DNA from: a virus
Lineage: Duplodnaviria; Caudoviricetes
Strand: one strand, 5' to 3'
DNA length: 64,000 nucleotides
Virus record (IMG/VR): IMGVR_UViG_3300037297_000386
Under the pieces are notes generated by a model. The model was not told the origin of the DNA. It saw only the letters and a program-made list of their open reading frames with translations, and did no database searches. The translations under genes were made by a program, and so were the position numbers. Numbering within the stretch: the first letter of the stretch is position 1; every line of letters starts with the position of its first letter. Positions 19,021 through 27,200 of the stretch are shown one piece after another.

Positions 19021-19953
19021 TTACTTATTTGGACTCTTCGTTTTACTATAGCGCTTGTATATCGAGCTACGTTTGGCATCAGACAGCTGATTGTCCCAGA
19101 TATCTCCAACAATTTCGCTTACACGTTTAGAAGAATAGTCCGGGTTCTTTTTCTTAATTTCGGCAACTTGTTCATTCCACCATTTTTTAGGAGCCTTATG
19201 CTCAGCCCCTTCAGGCTTTTTTTCTCCTGGACCTTTATATGTTTTATACTTAGTTTTCTTTTTAGAAGCTTCTTTCACTAATTCATCAAATTTGTTTGCT
19301 AATGCAGTTTCACCTAATTGATCAAAATAATCTGCAAGAGCAATCATATCATCGGGTTTAATACCAACGCGCTCCGCCATTGATTCCATGACCTTTTCTA
19401 TTTCTTTTGCTTCATTATACATTCCTTTTGTATCAAGTATATATGCTATCTTATACAATGCAACTAATGGACTCATCATAGCCTCCCTACGTTCATTCCT
19501 TTGTTTTAATAAATACAGATGACTTTCATGTAAATCAACCACACCTTGTAATAAATTATCAATCCCATCGGTTAATTCATTATCTTTTTCCATAGATGTT
19601 AAAGCATCAGAAACAATGGAAATAAATTTTTCTTCTGCTTTAATAGATAAAATTGGGAATTTATCTGCTGTATCGGTATCAGATATCAAATTACTTACTA
19701 TATTCGCAGTCATAGCGGTATTTTTATTTGGCCCTATAGAATCCGGGCCAAATATACCTATAGCCTTCTCAGCCACAGAATCTATCTCTTCTTCTATCTC
19801 ATCATATAATCTTTCATACAACAAATGATCTCCATAATAATTATTTCCTGAAGAATGCCAATGCATATGCTCATACATTTCTTCTAAAGCTTCCAAAAAA
19901 GAAAGTATGGTGCTCATATCGTTGGATCCATCTGCTAATACAATTTTAGACAT
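19021..19953 (-). CDS. Dps/ferritin-like domain protein fused to two helical modules and basic C-terminal domain
   Basis: HMHWHSSGNNYYGDHLLYERLYDEIEEEIDSVAEK resembles Dps HW..G..F...H..FE..Y......D..AE motif; GGAG RBS. Confidence 0.65.
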   Translation of the reverse strand: MSKIVLADGSNDMSTILSFLEALEEMYEHMHWHSSGNNYYGDHLLYERLYDEIEEEIDSVAEKAIGIFGPDSIGPNKNTAMTANIVSNLISDTDTADKFPILSIKAEEKFISIVSDALTSMEKDNELTDGIDNLLQGVVDLHESHLYLLKQRNERREAMMSPLVALYKIAYILDTKGMYNEAKEIEKVMESMAERVGIKPDDMIALADYFDQLGETALANKFDELVKEASKKKTKYKTYKGPGEKKPEGAEHKAPKKWWNEQVAEIKKKNPDYSSKRVSEIVGDIWDNQLSDAKRSSIYKRYSKTKSPNK

Positions 19954-19965
19954 GTTAGTCTCCTA

Positions 19966-20286
19966 TTACATAAAATCCCGGTTTTTTCTATTAAAAATTC
20001 TTTGACCAGTATTCATAACGGTTCGAGAGTGTTCTATCAAGTGGAACCCAGGAGGCCAAAACATTTCAATAGCATCTTCTGAAACATATATTTCATGTTC
20101 TCCATCAGAAGTTGTAAATATTAGAACACCACTATCTTCGTCATATTCTTTAAAAATAACACGCATAAGAGTGCCATTGATGGTTGTAGAATCAGCATAA
20201 GTAATCCATTCGCGATCTATCCCAGTATATAATTCTACTTCCTTGCCTTTAAAACGTTTTTCAAAAAATTTACCAAGCTGTGCCAT
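19966..20286 (-). CDS. Hypothetical small beta-rich protein
   Basis: 106-aa ORF with AAGGA RBS. Confidence 0.55.
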   Translation of the reverse strand: MAQLGKFFEKRFKGKEVELYTGIDREWITYADSTTINGTLMRVIFKEYDEDSGVLIFTTSDGEHEIYVSEDAIEMFWPPGFHLIEHSRTVMNTGQRIFNRKNRDFM

Positions 20287-20298
20287 TATTAAGTATCC

Positions 20299-20676
20299 TT
20301 ATAGTTTAAATAATATTTTATCTATTTCACTAGCTTCATCATAAAACCCATTTCGGTCTAAATTATTAGCCAAACTTACAAGATTATTAAATATATTTAA
20401 AGAAGATTGCTTAGGTAAACCAGTACTATCTACCTGAATACCAGGGTATTTTCTTTTTAATGTTCTAATATAATTCCATATTTCTGGCAAAAGGTCTTTT
20501 ATGCTTGAACCGTTAAATTCCTTATAACTTATCATTTCATTTGATTTGGTATCCATTACTACAACACTTACTGTAGCCATATTTAATATTTCATATCCAT
20601 TTACTTTTATTATATATTGTGACATTGTTTCGGCCTTTTTTGGAATTGTTATCATAATATTTTCATTAGATCTCAA
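20299..20676 (-). CDS. Hypothetical protein with C-terminal helical module
   Basis: Ends LVSLANNLDRNGFYDEASEIDKILFKL; start uncertain. Confidence 0.55.
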   Translation of the reverse strand: MRSNENIMITIPKKAETMSQYIIKVNGYEILNMATVSVVVMDTKSNEMISYKEFNGSSIKDLLPEIWNYIRTLKRKYPGIQVDSTGLPKQSSLNIFNNLVSLANNLDRNGFYDEASEIDKILFKL

Positions 20677-20774
20677 TATAAATCTAATTATTAGTATAAT
20701 ATTTTCTTTTCAACTGTTTAACTGTTGATTAGCCTTAATTAAATGGCATGTTTATCGGCTGCGATTCACGTACT

Positions 20775-21233
20775 CTAATTTTCATCTTTTTTTATCATCC
20801 ATAACCATTTCTTTCCATCTGTATGAACTAATACATATTTCCCTTTCGCTTTTCCGCTCGATATCTCGAACTCAATTTTTTTATTTGACCAACTAATAGG
20901 TTTGTAATGTCCTTTTTGATAAACTGAAACTTTCCCTGCTCCATATTCCCCAGAAGGTATAGTGTAACTACCTGTATAACTCAAAGGATGTGGTTCTGTG
21001 ATAGTTGCAAGTAATCTTTCTCCCTTTGATGGTAATTTCGCTTTTGGTATCGCCCAACTTTCCAGCACATTATCTTTTTGCAGACGTAAATCAAAATGAG
21101 TCCCAGCTCTATGTGCCTCATGTTTTTGGATAACAAATATATTTTTTCCTTTACCATTTTCTTTTGGCTCTTTCGTTTCATTGAAATTCCGTTTCTTTTT
21201 ATAAACTGATAAAGGATCTTTTGATATTGACTT
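20775..21233 (-). other. Polyprotein domain: LigD 3'-phosphoesterase (PE) module
   Basis: FVIQKHEAHRAGTHFDLRLQ..LESWAIPK..TEPHPLSY retains the His/His/Asp/Arg/Glu/His/Tyr catalytic set. Confidence 0.9.
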
Positions 21234-24200
21234 GGCTCTTTTTGATATATAACGAAAATTTGATTTAAAAGATTGTTTGTCTAATCTCTCAAGATCTTTA
21301 AAACTATTGGCTGTCAAAAAATCTAACAGATTAAATGGACCAACTTCAATGTCATTTGAAGCCAATATGTCTATCTTTTTAATATTTATTATTGGAAGAT
21401 ATGGAACAATATTTTGGACTCGTTTTAAATATAAATCATCAAAAGATGGAACTTGGACTTGCAAATAACCACGCAGTGTTACTAATCTAATCCATCCACG
21501 TTCGAAGGCAATATTATATATTTCATAATAATTCTTATCTGTAATTTCAGGTGCTCCTTCAAAAAGGTCTATATTTTCTGTAATAAATCGTGCATGTTCA
21601 AAAAATCCCACCGGATATAGTTTGTTATCTGGAGAAAGCCACCAAGCATCTGACGTATCCGCTCTTTTTGATATAAATGAATGTATAGATGCCCATTTAG
21701 ACGAAAACATATCATCAAATCCACTTGACGTAATAAACATAGAATATGGAATTTTTATTGGAAAAGCACCAGATGTGCCTTCCCATCTAGATGATGTTCT
21801 ATATTTCATAAATCTTTCTAAATCATCAAAACCACTTGACGCAACAAATATTGAATAAGGTATATTTAGTATATATCCTCCTGGCCAACTAATTTCTACC
21901 GATTTATATATACCTGGCAAATCAACAGATTGAACACGCCTAATATACTTATCTTCTTTAGCTGGGAATTCCAAATCCAAATTATTGTCTGCTTTTACAA
22001 TACGGATCCAATCATTATCAAATGCTATATCATATTCTCCACCAGACATATCTTTAAATAATTCCTTATGCTCATCAACAAAGATAGTATGACCAAATAC
22101 ATCAACTTCATATAATTGCCCGTCAGGAGAAAGCCACCACCCATATGGCAATTTTGCTCTCTTGGAAAGTACTTTTGGAAGTCGAAATGTTTTATTTTTT
22201 CCACAACCCCATATTTCTACTGAATCTATTAACCAGGAGCCTTCTGGAGTTTTTCCGTCATATTTAACTTTTGGAGGTTCCATATATTCTAAAGTTATAT
22301 GAGGACTGTAATTTTCAAAATGATCATCTACATCGATTCCAACGCTAACAAGCCCTTTTTTAAGTTCTTTGTGTAACTTCTTTAATTGTTCGGACAGTAT
22401 TTTTATTTTTGCCACTTTGCATCCATCCGAATGTTTAGTTGCAGGAAAATATGAAACTTTATTATCAAATTCAACAATAAAGGGCATCCATTTTTCTAAA
22501 ATTCTTTCTACAGTTTGTAAAAGCAGATTATGTTGATTATTTTTGACATTTTTACCAATATATAATAATGTTATATGCGGAACACTATTATCATGTTCTC
22601 CAAGTGAAGAAAACTGTTTTGATAAACTTTTTGGTAACACTGCAAATATACCAATTGGTTTCTTTTTAGCACATTTAGATAGCAAATATGTGCCTTCGCT
22701 ACTTGATTTATCTTTAAACAATGGTATAACTTTAGCTAATTCCTCTTGTTCGGATCCCTCTTTGTCGGAAATAATTTTTAACATTTTTTGATGTAAATCT
22801 TGGTCCATCAAAAATGATTGTAATTGTTTAAATGTCTCATAAGGATCTTTACTATTATATTCAAAAACGGTAATATATTGTGATTGATTTGCTTCATCAA
22901 CTATATATCTCAACCGAACAGAAGCATTATAGCCATGTTGTTCAGACACATGGGATCTGGCTTTATCAAGATAATTCCATAAAATATAAACATTTGGCAA
23001 TATTATGATTTTTCCTGACACTATACCATCTTCTTCAGCCGATGGAAACGGGAAAAAGCCAGGTAAATGTGATAATAATTCAAGAATATCATCTGGAATT
23101 CCTGATAAATATAATACAGATGCTACTATTTTATTTGTTTTTCCATTATCTCTAATCGACAAATGATCTCTTGCGTCATCTCCGCCATGACTAATGGGTT
23201 TTTTTATTCCACCATATTTTTCATGCAAAGCATACGGAACTCTAATGTTTCCGTTAGTTTTTAATGTTGTCGTATCTGTACGAACGCCATCACCTTTAAC
23301 TATTCCAGTAGTAAATCCATCAAAATCTTCATTTAAATCTTCGCACATTTCACGAAGTTCATTTCTCAAAGCATCAACATTAGTTTTTTTTGTATGAAAC
23401 TCCACATGATAACCAGTACCACCGCTTTCATAGATAGTAGGCTTGCCATATTTTGATTTAATCTTAGATGTAATTTTCTTTGCATATTTTAATGTTTTTT
23501 CCTTAGAAAAATTACCATGAACATCTAAATCAACAAATCCTAAATCTGTTTTAGATTCAATTACTCTATGAATTGATACCACACGACGATCTACCCAATA
23601 ATTATAATCTTTATTATCAGAAATTATTATCCTTTTATCATTATGATTTCGTTTGAGCACATTTTGGTTTTTACCTGTACCTATAAATAACATTACAGGT
23701 TTACCTTTTATTTCTGACATTATTTTTGATTTATTTTTTATATAATGATCGCGTATCTGTCTGCGAGTTAATTTTCTATCTTTATCTATCAGCACTTCAT
23801 CCCACTTTGGATCATTTTTTTCTTTTTCGTATTTACCGTCCTCTGATTCTTTTTCAGCACATTTAGATATAAATCTAGCCTCTTTTATCATTGACACAAT
23901 AGGTTCCTTGTACTCATGAGTTTTTTCGTCATATATGTTTTGAGCATCAAATGATTCCAGAAAATGTATTACATCTTCTCTAGATAGTTCTATATTGTGA
24001 GTTGCAGCTTGTGTTTGCCATATCTGAAGTTCTTTATTTATTTGTCCTATCCACTTACCTGGACGTCTATTAAATAAATTTTGCAGATCAAATCCACTAA
24101 TCAAAGGAACTAACGCCGTAGTTGTGGGAACTTTTTCAAATTGGCGTGTAAGATAATCATATCCTTCCATAGGAAAAGTTGGTAGCCATCCTCCTTTATG

Positions 24201-27200
24201 AGCTGCGGCATCGGCTAAAGCCACTTGCAAAGCACGTTTCCAGTCATCACCAAATTCTTGTGTAAGTTTCAAAATATTTCTTATTGCTTTTGCTGTAATC
24301 TTAGACGCTTTATCTGGATCTAAATCTACACGTCTAGCGGCATCAATTAAACTTTGTACACGCTTTATATCTTTACCTTTTGTTCCTTTAAGTTTGGTTA
24401 AAATATATTGAGCCGCTTGTATGCTGGAACGTTCATGCCCATGATATGTATTAACAAGTTTGTCTCCCATCTCTTTGACGCCTTGTACGGTAGGATCCAA
24501 TTTTCCAACATCGTGTAATAAAGTGGCCCAATTAAGTATATATCTATCAGCCTTATTTAAATCTTCATTTTTTGTAATTTCATAAATATTATCTAAGGCT
24601 TCCATTAAATGACCCCAAACATTAAATTCATGATGTGGGTTGTTTTGATCTAACTCCCATTCAGAATATTCATCTGGTAGTTGTAGAATTTCAGACCTAT
24701 ACCCTAAATCTTTAATTAATTCGAGGGCTTCACGCGGGCTACGATTCTCACTCATTATTTTTGATAATTCTTCTTGTCTACGTTCCCATGTAATCTTATT
24801 TCTAAATGCTTCCTGAACATCTTTATTTTTAGCTGCTGAGATTATTTCAGGATCTATTTTAAAATCAGGATATCTGTTAGCGAATCTTATTGCCCTTAAC
24901 ACACGTAATGGGTCGTCCAAAAATATTTGTTTAGCATCTATAAGTCTACCAACTTCTTTTTGTTGTTCTTCTGTGACAGTTTTTGGAGTTCGTAATATTT
25001 TATTTTTAATATCGTATATTCCTTGACCAGTAAAATCTTCTATCTTATTAGTATGTATATTATAAAATAAAGAATTAATTGTTAAATCTCTTCTAAATGC
25101 ATCTTTTATAGGAGAATCGGTAATAGTTACTATTGGTTTTCTTGATTCTTCATCATATTCTTCATCTCGCAAATTAACAACATCTATTGATTCTCCAAGC
25201 ATATGTATAACTGCTGTTTCTAAATGTTTTCCCTGTTCTGGTTTAGCAGGAATTAAACCAGCAGTAATATCAATATTATGGATACGTGCATAACGATTAA
25301 TATAATCGACGAATTCTTTACCAGTCATATTATCTATGGCTATATCAATATCTTTGGATTGCCGACCCATTAATTTATCTCGCACCCATCCACCAGCAAC
25401 TCTAATTGTAGTGCCAAGATTAAATTCGTCTACAGCAGATTTTAAAATATTGAAAATTTTTCTTTCCGTAGATGTAAGATTTATTGTATCATTAGCATAC
25501 TTAAGACGTTTCGAAATGTATGCCTTCGGATATTCCCAAAAACTAGGTTTATTACCTATCTCAGAAATATCAAATTGATGCCTCCAGAATTGTCCTCTTT
25601 CTTTATTAATTCGGTGCTCTTCCTTGGTCTTTTCTGATATAGATAGTTCTTTTTCTTTGTCAAAATCAGCTACCATTTTTTTAGCTTCTGGAATTATATC
25701 TTGTATTGCTTCTCTAATAACAGGGCTGGATTTTGCCAAATTCAAAATTTCAATTGGATTGTTTTTAAGTATATTTATAGCAGCTGTGTCAATAGCATGC
25801 TTAAACTCATCCTCTAAAAACAAACCAGAATTAAAATAAAAAGATGGGTTGAAATCTAATAAACGTAATAAGGCGTCTTGATTTACATCTTTTAATTCTG
25901 GCCTACGATAATATTTAAGAACAAAATATTCCTGCGGATGCAACATACTTAATTTAGTAGCTTGTGCAAGAATTAGATGAGGAAATTTTTCCATCAATTT
26001 TTTGTTATTTAAAAATGTACTTGGTTGGATAGCAAGGGCTTCCTCATCAGTATCTGGAAATATATTATTAGCGGCATTCTTATCTCTTAATGAAATTGGT
26101 TTTTCTGGATCATATTTAAACCATTCTGGTTGTTCAAATTCTATTTTATTTGGATCTTTAATGTTATGAGCAGCGCCAGCACTTTCTTCTAAATCTAGAA
26201 TGAGTGATTTTTCAAACCAATTTCCTAACCCATCTTCTTTTCCAAATCCCATATCTAATACTAATTCATCTTCACTATCTGCAATTCCCTGCCCATCAAA
26301 AGACTCATATTGAATAATGCCAAGTTTGTTTATCAAGTCCTCTGGAGGGTTAGAATACAAAAAATCTGCAAATATATTTTGTATTTGTTCATCTTCTATC
26401 GCTGAATAAATTGATGCAAAACGCTGGCGTGAATGTTCACGTACAGCTAATACCGCATCTTCATCAAATCGTGCAGACTCTACACCTACATGTACACACC
26501 CATTACCTTGTTCGATTAATGGTTTACGAAAAGTAACTGGTAGGGCAGGATTATCTGAAACAGCTTTAACTACAGCAGATATATCATATAAATCAGCGCC
26601 AGCTATGTCCAATGCTCTTCCTTTCAGATGTGAATACGGATTATTTGTTTCGGGAGGCCCAACAATATAACCATAATGTCTTTTTAATAACCTTGAAACT
26701 TGTCGCCAGACGCGCATATCGGATCTTAAATCTTGCGGAATTGTTTTTCCCGTAGCTTTTTTCCAGTAATGATTTAAAATATTTTTTTGGTCTTCTGGGG
26801 TTCTAACGCCTGAAGTCATTACTGCAGTTTCTGGCAAAAATGGTTTTAATGTTTTCCAGGCATTAAGTAGTAACTGATTAACTTTCGCTCTTGGAATCAT
26901 TAATATGCGTCTGTCTTCTTGTGAAATATTGATCAATTGTTTGTTCGGTTGGTTTATTCCCGATCTTAAATTATCGACCCAAACAATATCCGCCGGAGTT
27001 AATTCGGCACGTTTAGATATTAGTGGCTTAATATTTTGTTGAATAACACGTGCAATTTGTGGATTTTGTATTTGTATTAATTTTAAAACATAATCGTTTA
27101 TATTAGGCATACTAACGCTTCTAGCTAATACAATATGAACCACATTGTTTGCTACTCCTTCTTTATAAGGTGGTTGCATTAACTGTATCGATTCAGGAAA

